A stretch of 64,000 nt of DNA from Candidatus Bathyarchaeota archaeon (GCA_963775465.1 CAVZIW010000011.1:15913-79912); one strand, 5' to 3'; counted from the stretch's first letter, positions 49,795-60,600 are shown. Program-made: numbers and translations. Notes: generated by a model not told the origin, from the sequence alone.

Positions 49795-50676
49795 ATGAAG
49801 GTAATCTCGGGTCCCGCGTCCAAAGAACTTGCTGAAGCAATTTCAGCGCAAACTGGTTTCCCAAACGTTCCCGTTTTATCCAAGTTTTTTCCTGATGGCG
49901 AGTCTTACGTTCGTTTAGACGGCAATGTCAAAGATGAAGATGTAGCAATTGTTCAGACAACTTGCCCTCCCATGCAAGATAGCAGGCTTTTTCAATTGGC
50001 GTTTTTAGCTGATGCAGCTAAACGTGCAGGAGCCGCTAAAGTAACTGCAGTGGTGCCCTATTTGGCGTATGCTAGACAAGACAAAATGTTTCTCGCAGGG
50101 GAAGGAATAAGCGTGGAAACCATTGTACGCATGCTAAAAGCAGCAGGAATCGACCGTTTTTTAACCGTCAACATCCACTCGGAACCAACACTCAAGCAAT
50201 TCCCATTTCCAGCTGAAACCCTAAGTGCTATCCCACTAATAGCAGACTACTTTTCTAAGAAAGGCCACAAAGGCGCATACGCTCTATCACCTGATAAAGG
50301 CGCAATGTACATCGCTAAGCAAGCTCAAGAGGTTTTAGGCGGCGACGTAGGATATCTTAGCAAGACTCGCGACCGCTACACGGGGCAAACCGTGCAAACA
50401 GCGGAGGGCTTAAACGTAAAGAACAAAACCGTGATTATCCTTGATGACATTATCAGCACAGGCGGCACCATAGTTGGTGCAGCAAAAATTCTTCGGGAAC
50501 AGGGAGCCAAACATGTCTTTTGCGGTTGCGTCCACGGCTTACTCATTGGTGATGCTGAGAAGCGAATTTCGGATGCAGGAGTTGAAGAAATCGTTGGTAC
50601 CGACAGCGTTCCCGGAAACATAAGTAAGGTTTCGTTGGCACCACTGATTAGTCAAGCTCTTAAAGGCGCTGTTTAG
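49795..50676 (+). CDS. prs: Ribose-phosphate pyrophosphokinase
   Basis: FPDGE, PYLAYARQD, SPDKGA, DDIISTGGT. Confidence 0.96.
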   Translation: MKVISGPASKELAEAISAQTGFPNVPVLSKFFPDGESYVRLDGNVKDEDVAIVQTTCPPMQDSRLFQLAFLADAAKRAGAAKVTAVVPYLAYARQDKMFLAGEGISVETIVRMLKAAGIDRFLTVNIHSEPTLKQFPFPAETLSAIPLIADYFSKKGHKGAYALSPDKGAMYIAKQAQEVLGGDVGYLSKTRDRYTGQTVQTAEGLNVKNKTVIILDDIISTGGTIVGAAKILREQGAKHVFCGCVHGLLIGDAEKRISDAGVEEIVGTDSVPGNISKVSLAPLISQALKGAV

Positions 50677-51722
50677 TGCCGAATCTTTTCTTTTTACTTT
50701 CAGGCGAAAACGAGACTTTACCTTCCGCTGAGGTTAAGGCAATTCTGGAAGCAGAAGGGTACATCTACCAGAATCCCCAAGAGTTTGATCAGGTTTTGCG
50801 TTTAGAATCTGAAATTGAAAGCACCAAAGTGGTTCAGGTTCGCTCGGCTTACACTCGGGTTTGCGCTCAAGAACTCTTTGTTGCAAACGCAAACATGATG
50901 GATATAGCCAAAGCAGCTGCCCAAGTGGACTTCAAAGCAGTGCTCAAACCCAACGAAAGTTTCGTGGTCCGAATAAACCGAATAAAAAACTACGCCGATT
51001 CCAAGATAAACACTATGACTCTTGAAGTAGAATTAGGATGTCAAATCCTCAACCAAACCGAAGGAACAAGAGTCAACTTAAAAAATCCTGATAAGACTTT
51101 AATCGGCATTATAACAAACGAAAAAATAGTATTAGGCTTAAAACTCACCGATATAACGAGTAAAACGTTCTCAGAACGGCGCCCAAGAAAAAAGCCCTTC
51201 TTTCATCCCTCCGCAATGCCCTCAAAGATGGCACGTTGTATGGTGAATTTGTCGCTTGCCAAAACTGAATCCGTATTGTTCGATCCATTTTGCGGAACGG
51301 GAACATCACTAATCGAAGCCACCTACATCGGCTGCAGAGCTGTGGGCATCGATGCACAAAGGCGAATGATTTTAGGAACCAAAAAAAACCTTCATTTTTT
51401 CAATATCTCAGCTGAAGGCTTGGTACTGGCAGATTCACGCAAAATTCCCTTGTTCAAAGTTGACGCCATCGTAACTGATCCACCATACGGACGATCATCA
51501 AGTACCCTGAAATCAACTACTAAACAACTCGTTGAAGAAGTCTTAGCCGCTTCACATTCATTGCTGGGTGTAGGGCAACGAATTTGTATAGCTTCTCCTA
51601 AAACATTAAACATCTCACGCATCGGCAAAAAATTGGGCTATCGACACGTTGAGTCCCACTTTGCCTATGTCCATCAGACCTTGACGAGGGAGATTGCAGT
51701 GTTCGAAAAGGTGACCTCATGA
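50676..51722 (+). CDS. trm11: tRNA m2G10 methyltransferase (Trm11/Trm-G10, THUMP + MTase)
   Basis: RKKPFFHP, ARCMVNL, DPFCGTG, TDPPYG. Confidence 0.9.
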   Translation: MPNLFFLLSGENETLPSAEVKAILEAEGYIYQNPQEFDQVLRLESEIESTKVVQVRSAYTRVCAQELFVANANMMDIAKAAAQVDFKAVLKPNESFVVRINRIKNYADSKINTMTLEVELGCQILNQTEGTRVNLKNPDKTLIGIITNEKIVLGLKLTDITSKTFSERRPRKKPFFHPSAMPSKMARCMVNLSLAKTESVLFDPFCGTGTSLIEATYIGCRAVGIDAQRRMILGTKKNLHFFNISAEGLVLADSRKIPLFKVDAIVTDPPYGRSSSTLKSTTKQLVEEVLAASHSLLGVGQRICIASPKTLNISRIGKKLGYRHVESHFAYVHQTLTREIAVFEKVTS

Positions 51723-52639
51723 GTATTTGCGTTGTGTTTTTAGGAACGAGCGGCAGCGTACCAACTTTGAAACGAAGTTTGCCAGCGATGGTTGTTCAGT
51801 GCCCACGGGAGCAATGGATGTTTGACTGTGGGGAGAACGTTCAGAGGCAAATGATGCAGGCAAAAACAAGTTTCCATAAGAAAATGAAAATCCTAATCAC
51901 CCACTTGCATGGCGATCACGTTTTGGGTTTGCCCGGACTCTTGCAAACCATGGCTTTAATGGATCGAAAAGAACCCATACAAGTTTATGGTCCAGTCGGA
52001 CTAAAAGAATTTCTATTGTGCACAAAAAAAACCCTTAATTTCGGATTAACTTTCCCTGTAGAAATCAACGAAATATCCGAGGAAGGCGATGTCTGCGAAA
52101 CAGAAGAATATCGCCTTACAGCAATAAAATCCAACCACGCCGTAGAAAGCTATGCATTCGCATTTATAGAAAAACCTCGCCCTGGAAAGTTCTATCCCGA
52201 GAAAGCTTTAGCACTGGGAGTTGCAAAGGGCGAGTTATGGTCTCAACTGCAGAAGGGTAAAGAAATCAAGCTCAAAGACGGTAACACAGTAAAACCAAAT
52301 GACGTAATGGGTCCAATGCGGGCCGGACGCAAAATCATCTATACAGGTGACACCAAACCCTTCGATTCGTTTGCCAAATTTGCAGAAAACGCGGATCTGG
52401 TGGTTCATGACTGCACGTTTGACGATTCTCTTGCCGAAAAAGCATTAGTGGACGGACATTCAACCCCTACTCAAGCAGCCCAACAAGCCAAAGCGGCAGG
52501 CGCAAAACGGTTGGTGTTATCTCACATAAGTGCAAGGTATCCTGACGCCTCTTTGCTATTGGAGCAAGCCAAAAAAGTTTTCTCAAATACTATTTTTGCA
52601 GAAGATTTCCTTGAAATTGAGTTACCTTTAGGCGAGTAA
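51719..52639 (+). CDS. rnz: Ribonuclease Z
   Basis: LGTSG, DCGE, HLHGDH, exosite, GDT, HST, HISARY. Confidence 0.96.
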   Translation: MSICVVFLGTSGSVPTLKRSLPAMVVQCPREQWMFDCGENVQRQMMQAKTSFHKKMKILITHLHGDHVLGLPGLLQTMALMDRKEPIQVYGPVGLKEFLLCTKKTLNFGLTFPVEINEISEEGDVCETEEYRLTAIKSNHAVESYAFAFIEKPRPGKFYPEKALALGVAKGELWSQLQKGKEIKLKDGNTVKPNDVMGPMRAGRKIIYTGDTKPFDSFAKFAENADLVVHDCTFDDSLAEKALVDGHSTPTQAAQQAKAAGAKRLVLSHISARYPDASLLLEQAKKVFSNTIFAEDFLEIELPLGE

Positions 52640-53410
52640 CTGCTTTAATTTAGCAATACTTTCAGGCACCTTATGCATCGATTCAACGACAACAGTTTTG
52701 TCGTAACCGATTTTCTTGAGCGTATCAGCAAGCCAAACATAATCAATATCACCATCTTCTATACCGTAATGCTGGTCGTCTGAACCGTCGTTGTTGCTGG
52801 CGTGAATATGCACAATTTTGTCAGCAAGCTGATTAAAGAAAGGCTGAATTTGCCCTTCCAAGTTAGCATGCCCAAGATCCATCGCAATGCCGAAGGGTAA
52901 CTTAGTTTCTTTATACATTTTGTGGAACTCTTCAGGCGTGTTTAGCAGAAACCAGTATTTTGCAGGCAAATTTTCCAAAGCAATGTTTATGCCGTACTCT
53001 TCTGCTTTTGCATAAAGCAATTCAATGCTCTTGTACATCTGCTTAAAATCCTCACCAGGATAAAATTGACCGATACCTGTACGTTGTCCAGGGTGAAAAA
53101 CCCAGATTTTCGCATCAATTGCATTCGCATTAGTTAGCGATCGTGTCAAACGTTTTAATGAAGCAGTTAACAGAGGCTTAATTGGCGAGGCAATATTGAT
53201 GTCGGCAAAAGGCGCATGCAAAGAATACTCCAGACCATAAGACTTTGCGGCTTGTTTGAGTTGGGAAACGCGTTCCTTGTTGAGATCGTGGTTACCATCA
53301 TCCAAGATTTCTATGTATTTAGTACCCATCTTCCCCAAACGTTTTACCATACGGCTGAAAGGCTCACCCAAACAATACAGCATAGAAACGCCAACTTTCG
53401 CTTTAGACAT
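52628..53410 (-). CDS. Sugar phosphate isomerase/epimerase (xylose-isomerase-like TIM barrel)
   Basis: SLHAPF, FHPG, ALEN, DLGHA, HIH, D.H, VVE. Confidence 0.85.
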   Translation of the reverse strand: MSKAKVGVSMLYCLGEPFSRMVKRLGKMGTKYIEILDDGNHDLNKERVSQLKQAAKSYGLEYSLHAPFADINIASPIKPLLTASLKRLTRSLTNANAIDAKIWVFHPGQRTGIGQFYPGEDFKQMYKSIELLYAKAEEYGINIALENLPAKYWFLLNTPEEFHKMYKETKLPFGIAMDLGHANLEGQIQPFFNQLADKIVHIHASNNDGSDDQHYGIEDGDIDYVWLADTLKKIGYDKTVVVESMHKVPESIAKLKQLLA

Positions 53411-53720
53411 ACAAACACCTAATCTACAAATGGAATCTTTCTGGTAAGATGTAAGACAAACTAAATAAGTTAACCTTAAAAAACTGAGGATTAAAACTCA
53501 AATCAACAACAACCAACAACTTTTCTTCAAAAGCCAGAAAAATAACGCTAAGAGAAGCTGCTGCTGATGCTGCTGCAACAGTGATTTGAATTTCAACAGT
53601 TGCATCAATCAAAACTAAACAGACTAACTATACTCTAAATCGCATCAAAAATAACATCTATTTGGAATTGCAGCAAAGATAAAACAGACTTCCAAGAATT
53701 TAAGGAAACAACTGCCTACC

Positions 53721-54215
53721 CTAGCGAAACGGTTCAGAACATAATGGTCGAGTAGTTTTATACTGAATCTTTCTAAGCCCCAAAGCAAGTTCAATGAATT
53801 CTTTTATTGTTGAATTGCGGAAATCCCAAGTCGGCTGTCCAAATCGCAAACCACAACACATAGTATCCGCGTAAACGTAAAGTCTTTTTCCCATATAATC
53901 GAATGCCGCTTGTTTTGGTTCACCATACTTGGGGCCAGCAAGAATTTTAAAAGGCCAAATTTTGCATGCTTCGGGTTTGATGCCCTGTAAATAGCAAGAA
54001 TAGGTGTTTGATTTGCTGCAAAGGAACCTGCAGGAGCCATCGTTTTCACGTCTAATATAGAAACGATCCAATCCTGTTACTGTGGTATCAAAGCCAAATG
54101 TTTTAGAGATTTTGAGCCACTCAGGAAAGCCTAACACTACACTATAGAGTTTACAGCAGTAACCACATGCTTTGCATTGCCAGTCAGCAACATTCTGCCA
54201 AGGAACAAACTGCAT
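53721..54215 (-). CDS. YkgJ-family Cys-cluster protein
   Basis: CKACGYCC, CRFL, C...KPEACKIWPF. Confidence 0.85.
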   Translation of the reverse strand: MQFVPWQNVADWQCKACGYCCKLYSVVLGFPEWLKISKTFGFDTTVTGLDRFYIRRENDGSCRFLCSKSNTYSCYLQGIKPEACKIWPFKILAGPKYGEPKQAAFDYMGKRLYVYADTMCCGLRFGQPTWDFRNSTIKEFIELALGLRKIQYKTTRPLCSEPFR

Positions 54216-54284
54216 CTTTACCATAACACTCTGAAAAGACAAAGCAAAAAGAATTAAAGTCTTTTCCAAACAACAGAAAAGAGA

Positions 54285-54761
54285 CTATGTTTTTCTATAA
54301 AGGTAGATCGTGTGCGCAGGATAACCCAACTTTGGATTTTCACAAAAAGTCTCTATCTTTTCAGGTCTCCAACCGATAATTTCGTAGTCATGGGAAACTA
54401 CACGCGCACCTTTTTTGAGGTCGCTTTCAAGCTTTGGCCTGATTTTGTCGTTTGCACTCGTCGTTAAATACAAATACACAACATCAGCAGATGTCAAATT
54501 AACTTTAAACATATCATCATTTAGAATAGTTACCCTGTTATCAAGACCACTCTCATGAATGACCCCCATTGCTCTTTTAGCCAAGTCTTCTCGCAACTCA
54601 ATTCCAACACCCCGTGCACCAAAAGTCTTAGCTGCCATAATCACGGTTCTACCGTCCCCAGCACCCATATCAAACAGGACTTCCCCAGCTTTCAAATCAG
54701 CCAATTTCAACATGTACTCTACAACAACACTTGGACTCGGAACAAAAGGAGCAATAAACAT
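54285..54761 (-). CDS. Protein lysine methyltransferase, aKMT/FAM173-like
   Basis: PFVPSP...ML, DMGAGDGR, KIRPKLE, RVVSHDY, HTIYLY; resembles Sulfolobus aKMT (from recall). Confidence 0.85.
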   Translation of the reverse strand: MFIAPFVPSPSVVVEYMLKLADLKAGEVLFDMGAGDGRTVIMAAKTFGARGVGIELREDLAKRAMGVIHESGLDNRVTILNDDMFKVNLTSADVVYLYLTTSANDKIRPKLESDLKKGARVVSHDYEIIGWRPEKIETFCENPKLGYPAHTIYLYRKT

Positions 54762-54798
54762 GCTTCAACACTCCCTAAACAAGTTATTAACCACTCTA

Positions 54799-55125
54799 TC
54801 ATGCCACATAAGCGTCTTTTTTAGGTTGGGGTCTACGTGCTTCTCCACATTTTAAGCAACTCTGAGCGCATAGTTCAAGATATTTTTCTTCATCCACCGA
54901 ACTAACAGCTTCTGCTGCTTTCATGCAAAGATCACTTGGTTCGCTACAACCTTCTTGCTTGCAAAGACCAGAAATAAATTGGCAAACTTCTTGCACATCC
55001 TTAGGTTCCAAAACCGCCCTGTTAGTACGAACCAGTAAGCATAATTCTCTTGCCATTACACAAGTTTTAACGTATTTAATGCGTTCAAGAACTTCATCGC
55101 GTAATTTTTTTCGGCTAATTTCCAC
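54799..55125 (-). CDS. Cys-rich helical hypothetical protein
   Basis: 108 aa, 9 Cys; AGGAG SD; co-oriented with aKMT. Confidence 0.75.
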   Translation of the reverse strand: MEISRKKLRDEVLERIKYVKTCVMARELCLLVRTNRAVLEPKDVQEVCQFISGLCKQEGCSEPSDLCMKAAEAVSSVDEEKYLELCAQSCLKCGEARRPQPKKDAYVA

Positions 55126-55224
55126 TTTTAATTCTCCTGTGGCATAAGCAAACTTGAATTAAGATATTCATGACTTAAAAAGTTGCTGATAAAACAATAA
55201 AGACAAACACTTTGAATACATTGT

Positions 55225-58137
55225 TTACTTAAAACGTTTGCTTAGGGATTTGCGTTCTGCTTCCAAAACTAATTCATAAAACTTGTCTGTCGGCTTAGGC
55301 TCCTTGTTCAAAACACTCGAAGCTACTATTATTGAAATTCGCCGGGCACTCAACACAACAGCAGCTGTTTTACCGTATTTCTCAATTAGCTCGGCTGTTT
55401 GTTTAGCAATTAAACGCATCTTTTCCTCGTTCTTTGCCAAATGCTCACCCCTTTTCTCCACCAATGACAAAGCCTTCTCTTCCTCGATCTTCAACATTCC
55501 AATCTGAAACGAGCCACATCGAGGACACCTAGGTTTGTCAGGCAGATCTTTTATACGAATCATCTCCATATAATCCCAGCAACTAGTGCAGACAAAGTTA
55601 CCAGTCTCACTAATCAACCTGGCCTTGGCAGATTCTACTAGAACGGCACGCATCTGTTCAGGAGGAATCAGATCAGTTTTCATACTAACCCGCTCAATGC
55701 CAACGCGAGCAACTGGAGTTGGATTACCGCCTGTCTCAACAACTTGAAACCGTACCAATCCATCATGTAAACGACCTAAAACCATCACCAACCCGTCAGA
55801 ATCAAGATCCTTGGAAAAAACCTCTTTCAGGCCCTCTTCGTAGATGGGTGTCCCATCAAAACTTGAAATCAACTTCTGCAAACTAACGTTACTAAAGTCA
55901 GCCCATTTCTTAAGAGCCCCAAAACGCCTAGCCACCTGTATAACTCGTCGTTTAAACAAACCCGTTTTAACAGCTGACTGTGTCAGTGTACTTCGAATCG
56001 TTTGTTCAGCCATGTCTTTTATCTCGTTTAAGACTTCAACGAGTCGATCCGCAGTCATTGCACCGATTGTTTGCACGAAAATGCGGTAGGGGTCATGCTG
56101 AACAACCATGCCACGACGCAGCTTGTCAGATAGCACTTGTCCAAGCAGCTGCGCAAAAGCACGATTTATGTTAGAACCAAAATTTGAGTGAACAATGATA
56201 AATTCACCCCACTCTTCCACGACTATACGATTAGGAGTGGGAACACAAAAGCCACTATTGACTTGCTCGATGGTTTCGGCTAATGCATGCAAGATTGTTT
56301 CGGCGTCAGCTGGATAAAGTTCAGAAAGCAAAACACTAATCTGCCCAGCTGAAGCTCCACTTCGATGCTTTTCTTCTACGAACCCACGGATTTCCGCAAC
56401 ATTCTGCGCCACCTCATAAGGAACAGGGATTTCTTCTCCGATCCAACTCGGAATTGAACCGGTTGGATCCTCAACGGGACGAACATAAACTTTGTCTTCA
56501 GCGGCATGCATTATTTGCCAAGGACTGCCTCGAATTATGAATTTAGTGCCCGGCTTTCCATACTCAGCCATGAAAGCTTCATCTAAAACACCTATTGAAG
56601 AATCTATGGATTCATCAATAACTAGAAATTGCTTTTCCTCAGGAATCATAGAGAGATTATCAAAATAGTACTCAAATAGGGCTTTGGTTCGTTGAGGTCT
56701 TAGAACCACTTGGTCTTCAAAAGATGCCCAAGCCAAGCGTGGAAAACGCTGGTGCATATATTTGATAATTTTCTCAATATCACCCAAATTGAGGTTTTCA
56801 AAAGGTGCTGCATTCTTGAATATTTCTAGAATTTCGTTGAAAGTTAATCGCCGATTCTTTAACAACAACCCAGCGATTTGATGTGATAAAACATCGTAGG
56901 GTTTATCAGGTATTTGCAGCGGCTCCAACTCCTCCCGCAAAGCTCTACGTGCGATAGCCAAAGCCTCGAGAGTATCATCTGAATCCATACCGACGATTAT
57001 ACCTTCAGACAAATGTCCATAAGTATGCCCCGCTCTACCGATCCGCTGAATTAAACGCGAAACCTGTCGTGGACTCATATATTGAATAACGAGATCAATA
57101 TGACCAATATCTATACCAAGCTCAAGGCTGCTAGTCGCAATTAACCCCTTTAACTCTCCTCTCTTCAGCCCTACTTCTGCAGCAATACGGGAAGGCTTTG
57201 TTAAAGAACCATGATGAATGGATATTGGAAAATCAGCATCCCAAACTTTGAAGCGGGAAGCTAACACCTCAGAAACTGAACGCGTATTCGTAAAAAGAAG
57301 AACAGATTTGCGTTTAGTCATATAATCACGTATAATCCGCAACCTTGCCGCAACTTCTGGATGAGTATAAATTTTTGAAGCAAAACGAGTGTCTTCTTCT
57401 GTTGGCTTAGGATAAATAACCTGTAACTTCACCATTTTAGCAACCGGTACTCGGACGATTTCGACAGGACGCCCATCTCCGACAAGAAAGTGCGCCACTT
57501 TTTCTGGACTACCAACCGTCGCGGACAAACCAACCATCTGAAAGTCTTTACCGATCAAACCTCTGACACGTTCCAACGCTAAAGACAATTGGCTTCCTCG
57601 CTTACTATCCGCTAATTCGTGAACTTCATCAACTATAACCCAACGAAGACTTTGCAAGTGCTGTCGCAAAAGCCAACCTGTAAGAATTGCCTGCAACGTT
57701 TCAGGCGTAGTTATAAGAATGTCTGGAGGACATTGAGACTGCCGCAAACGCTCCTTTGTTTCTGTGTCGCCATGTCTCACTGCCAATTTAATATCTAAAT
57801 TATTGCACCACCACCGCATCCGATCAAGTAAATCACGATTCAACGCGCGCAACGGCGTGATGTAAAGCACCTTTATACCCGGAGTCTTAGGTGCTTGCAA
57901 AAGCATACTGAGTACTGGCAGAAAAGCAGCTTCCGTTTTGCCTGTAGCTGTCGGTGAAATAAGAAGAATGTTTTTGCCAGCGAGGATTTTTGGTATAGTT
58001 TTCTGTTGGGGTTCAGTGGGTTTAGAGAATCCTCTCTGTTCAATGAGCCTACGCACTGGCTTGACGAGCATTTCAAAAGCGTTTTCAGAAATTTCCTGCA
58101 ATTTAGTATCCTTAGATGCTAAAATGAATATCTTCAA
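55225..58137 (-). CDS. lhr: Lhr-family DEAH helicase with C-terminal Zn finger
   Basis: PTATGKT, DEVH, SAT, HHGSL, LELGIDIG, QRIGRAGH, C-terminal CTSC...CPRC; true start may be slightly downstream. Confidence 0.93.
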   Translation of the reverse strand: MKIFILASKDTKLQEISENAFEMLVKPVRRLIEQRGFSKPTEPQQKTIPKILAGKNILLISPTATGKTEAAFLPVLSMLLQAPKTPGIKVLYITPLRALNRDLLDRMRWWCNNLDIKLAVRHGDTETKERLRQSQCPPDILITTPETLQAILTGWLLRQHLQSLRWVIVDEVHELADSKRGSQLSLALERVRGLIGKDFQMVGLSATVGSPEKVAHFLVGDGRPVEIVRVPVAKMVKLQVIYPKPTEEDTRFASKIYTHPEVAARLRIIRDYMTKRKSVLLFTNTRSVSEVLASRFKVWDADFPISIHHGSLTKPSRIAAEVGLKRGELKGLIATSSLELGIDIGHIDLVIQYMSPRQVSRLIQRIGRAGHTYGHLSEGIIVGMDSDDTLEALAIARRALREELEPLQIPDKPYDVLSHQIAGLLLKNRRLTFNEILEIFKNAAPFENLNLGDIEKIIKYMHQRFPRLAWASFEDQVVLRPQRTKALFEYYFDNLSMIPEEKQFLVIDESIDSSIGVLDEAFMAEYGKPGTKFIIRGSPWQIMHAAEDKVYVRPVEDPTGSIPSWIGEEIPVPYEVAQNVAEIRGFVEEKHRSGASAGQISVLLSELYPADAETILHALAETIEQVNSGFCVPTPNRIVVEEWGEFIIVHSNFGSNINRAFAQLLGQVLSDKLRRGMVVQHDPYRIFVQTIGAMTADRLVEVLNEIKDMAEQTIRSTLTQSAVKTGLFKRRVIQVARRFGALKKWADFSNVSLQKLISSFDGTPIYEEGLKEVFSKDLDSDGLVMVLGRLHDGLVRFQVVETGGNPTPVARVGIERVSMKTDLIPPEQMRAVLVESAKARLISETGNFVCTSCWDYMEMIRIKDLPDKPRCPRCGSFQIGMLKIEEEKALSLVEKRGEHLAKNEEKMRLIAKQTAELIEKYGKTAAVVLSARRISIIVASSVLNKEPKPTDKFYELVLEAERKSLSKRFK

Positions 58138-58414
58138 CTGTTCTATAAAATAATATTGGGCAAAACACAGAATTTTGAGGCTCTCTATGTTGGTTCTGAC
58201 AGGTGTTAATGTATAAGTAATTTATTGGTACCGTTTCAAGCGATTACTTGAGTATATTATGGGTCGTTAAACATTTCTTTATCTTACTCTCAAGTGCATT
58301 GACAAAAAAATGTCTAATCATTATGTTAAAAAAATAAATATCTATGGAAACACTATGGAAAGTTTTTTATCCAATGATACTAAACCATGGAAAAGACAAC
58401 AGGAGGAAAAAGTA

Positions 58415-58585
58415 ATGGGTAAATGTCCAAAATGCGGAACTGAAGTAGCAAAGCCAAAAAAGACATGGAAAATGGCAGGCCGTCCAGATAAAGCTGGAAA
58501 ACGTATGCAACTAGAAATCGGACTCTACGAATGCCCAAAATGCGGCAACGTATTCCGAGAAGTTTTAAGCAAACAGAAAATCTAA
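58415..58585 (+). CDS. Cren7-like chromatin protein, Zn-ribbon variant
   Basis: AGGAGG SD; MGKCPKCG...PKKTWKMAG...GKR...IGLYECPKCGNVFR. Confidence 0.8.
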   Translation: MGKCPKCGTEVAKPKKTWKMAGRPDKAGKRMQLEIGLYECPKCGNVFREVLSKQKI

Positions 58586-58681
58586 ATGACCAAAGACTAG
58601 ACTAACTCTCTTTTTTTCTTTTTTAGCGTTAGTCTTAAAACTAAAATCGACATATAACTAACCGCTACTTGAGGCAAAGAA

Positions 58682-59320
58682 GTGTTATCTGCAAAGAAGA
58701 TCTGGAAAAAAGAATCGGTCAAAATCATAATCGCCGCAGCTTTGGTCGTGACAGCTGGTTTGGGGTTTTTCTACATAATGCAGCTCGCATTGAATACACA
58801 AACACCATTTTTGATTTTGGAGAGCAACAGTATGTGTATTTCAAAGGATGGCAACTGTGAGGGATGGAATCACCCTTTTGACGAAACCCTTCACCTTGGT
58901 GATCTGCTAATTATTCAAGGAGTCAATCCAAGGGATTTAAACTCGAATTACCCCAACAGCGACATTATTGTTTTCAAGGACCAAACGAGCGGCAACTTTA
59001 TTGTTCACCGCATTATATCCGAACAAATAATCGACAACACTAATTATTTTAAAACTAAAGGAGACGGAGCCGGTCCAATCGTTTGGCCTAATATTCCTAA
59101 TTATTTTGACGATATTCCAACTTCGCTAGGTGTTCCTCAAGACCAAGTTCTCGGGAGGGTTGCTATTCGAATTCCATGGGTTGGCGGGATAGCTCTCTTC
59201 CTGAAGAATAATCCGTGGAGTATAATAGTGATCATTGCCTTAGTCCTTTTACTGGCAGTTGGAAAAATTGTGGCTACTTCTACAAAGAAAAAAAGCAAAC
59301 TGCACAACAAAAAAGATTAA
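58682..59320 (+). CDS. Signal peptidase I (Sec11-type)
   Basis: TM helix, ESNSM (catalytic Ser), GDL, IVHR, TKGD, IPWVG. Confidence 0.88.
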   Translation: MLSAKKIWKKESVKIIIAAALVVTAGLGFFYIMQLALNTQTPFLILESNSMCISKDGNCEGWNHPFDETLHLGDLLIIQGVNPRDLNSNYPNSDIIVFKDQTSGNFIVHRIISEQIIDNTNYFKTKGDGAGPIVWPNIPNYFDDIPTSLGVPQDQVLGRVAIRIPWVGGIALFLKNNPWSIIVIIALVLLLAVGKIVATSTKKKSKLHNKKD

Positions 59321-59403
59321 AATTGCAGTCATAGATGTATTTATAAAGTCAGCTTTTGATAAGGTGATATTTAAGGGGCAAGTTCGTAAGAGGAGAAAAG
59401 TGA

Positions 59404-59964
59404 TTGCCGAAAGTTAAAGCATCAATCAGCATAGAAAACGTTGTAGCTTCTGCAACCCTCAACCAGAAAGTCGATTTAAACGCAGTAGTAAAAGGATACC
59501 CAGGAGTAGAATATCGCCCTGAGCAATTTCCAGGTTTAGTTTTCCGTCTAAAACGCCCAAAAACCGCTACACTGATTTTTAGTTCAGGAAAAATGGTTTG
59601 CACAGGCGCTAAATCCGAAAAAGAAGCCAAACGGGCAGTCATGAAAGTAGTCAAAGAGCTCAAAAGAGGCGGCATAATCATTATCGGAAAACCTGAACTA
59701 AAAATCCAAAACATTGTTGCCTCAGGAGGTTTAGGAGGAATGATTGATCTAGAAAAAGCGGCCTACACACTGGGACATGCAATGTACGAACCTGAACAGT
59801 TCCCAGGTTTAATCTACCGTATGGTGGAACCAAAAGTTGTAATTCTACTGTTTGCAAGCGGTAAACTCGTCTGCACAGGCGCTAAAAAAGAACAAGACGT
59901 CTTCACAGCAGTGGAAAATATACATGCATTGCTCGAAGAAACAGATTTAATCTATTACGAATAA
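59404..59964 (+). CDS. tbp: TATA-box binding protein
   Basis: Two repeats of NVVAS...PEQFPGL...FSSGKMVCTGAK. Confidence 0.98.
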   Translation: MPKVKASISIENVVASATLNQKVDLNAVVKGYPGVEYRPEQFPGLVFRLKRPKTATLIFSSGKMVCTGAKSEKEAKRAVMKVVKELKRGGIIIIGKPELKIQNIVASGGLGGMIDLEKAAYTLGHAMYEPEQFPGLIYRMVEPKVVILLFASGKLVCTGAKKEQDVFTAVENIHALLEETDLIYYE

Positions 59965-59968
59965 AGCC

Positions 59969-60598
59969 TTACTGCTTTTTTATTTGTTTTCGAATAGTTT
60001 TTAAACTATCTTGATCAATTGCACCTATTTCATAGAGCTTATTTGCAATCTCACTAATTCTCAGAATCGAATGCAGTGTCACACCAGTCTTTTCCAACAG
60101 ATTCCTTCCACCTTCTTCACGATCCAGAAACACTACAGCATCAGTTACAACTCCACCTTCTGCACGTACAGCATCAGCAGCTTTTTTTAATGTTGAACCT
60201 GTAGTTAACAAATCGTCAATGAGTAAGACTCTGTCACCTGACACCAAAATTCCCTCCACTCTGCGCTCCCTTCCGCTAAGATGGACACCTTTACGCATAT
60301 ACAAGAAGGGTTTTTTGAGATTGTAGGCTATTTGACTTGAAAATGGAATACCCGCAATCGGGATACCTGCGATTCGGACAAAGTTCTTGAGTCCTATTTC
60401 AGCCATTATTGTTTTGGCATAGAATTCACAGATTTCGCTAAATACATCCGGAAAACTGGGAATTACTCTTAGGTCAATATAATAGGGGCTTGCCTTTCCA
60501 GTTGAAAGCTTGAAGACACCGAACTTGAGTGCATCAATTTTAAGTAGTATGTTAGCCATTTCATCCTTTTTGTCTAGAGAATTGGTTATTTTTTTCAT
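59969..60598 (-). CDS. pyrE: Orotate phosphoribosyltransferase
   Basis: FKLSTGKASPYYIDLR, IDDLLTTG, DREEGG. Confidence 0.93.
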   Translation of the reverse strand: MKKITNSLDKKDEMANILLKIDALKFGVFKLSTGKASPYYIDLRVIPSFPDVFSEICEFYAKTIMAEIGLKNFVRIAGIPIAGIPFSSQIAYNLKKPFLYMRKGVHLSGRERRVEGILVSGDRVLLIDDLLTTGSTLKKAADAVRAEGGVVTDAVVFLDREEGGRNLLEKTGVTLHSILRISEIANKLYEIGAIDQDSLKTIRKQIKKQ

Positions 60599-60600
60599 TT

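Noticed and set aside
53424-53612. 62-aa Ala-rich ORF with GCT triplets
   Set aside because: No SD or recognisable family; low complexity
58310-58414. N-terminal extension of the Cren7-like ORF
   Set aside because: The AGGAGG SD supports the ATG at 58415
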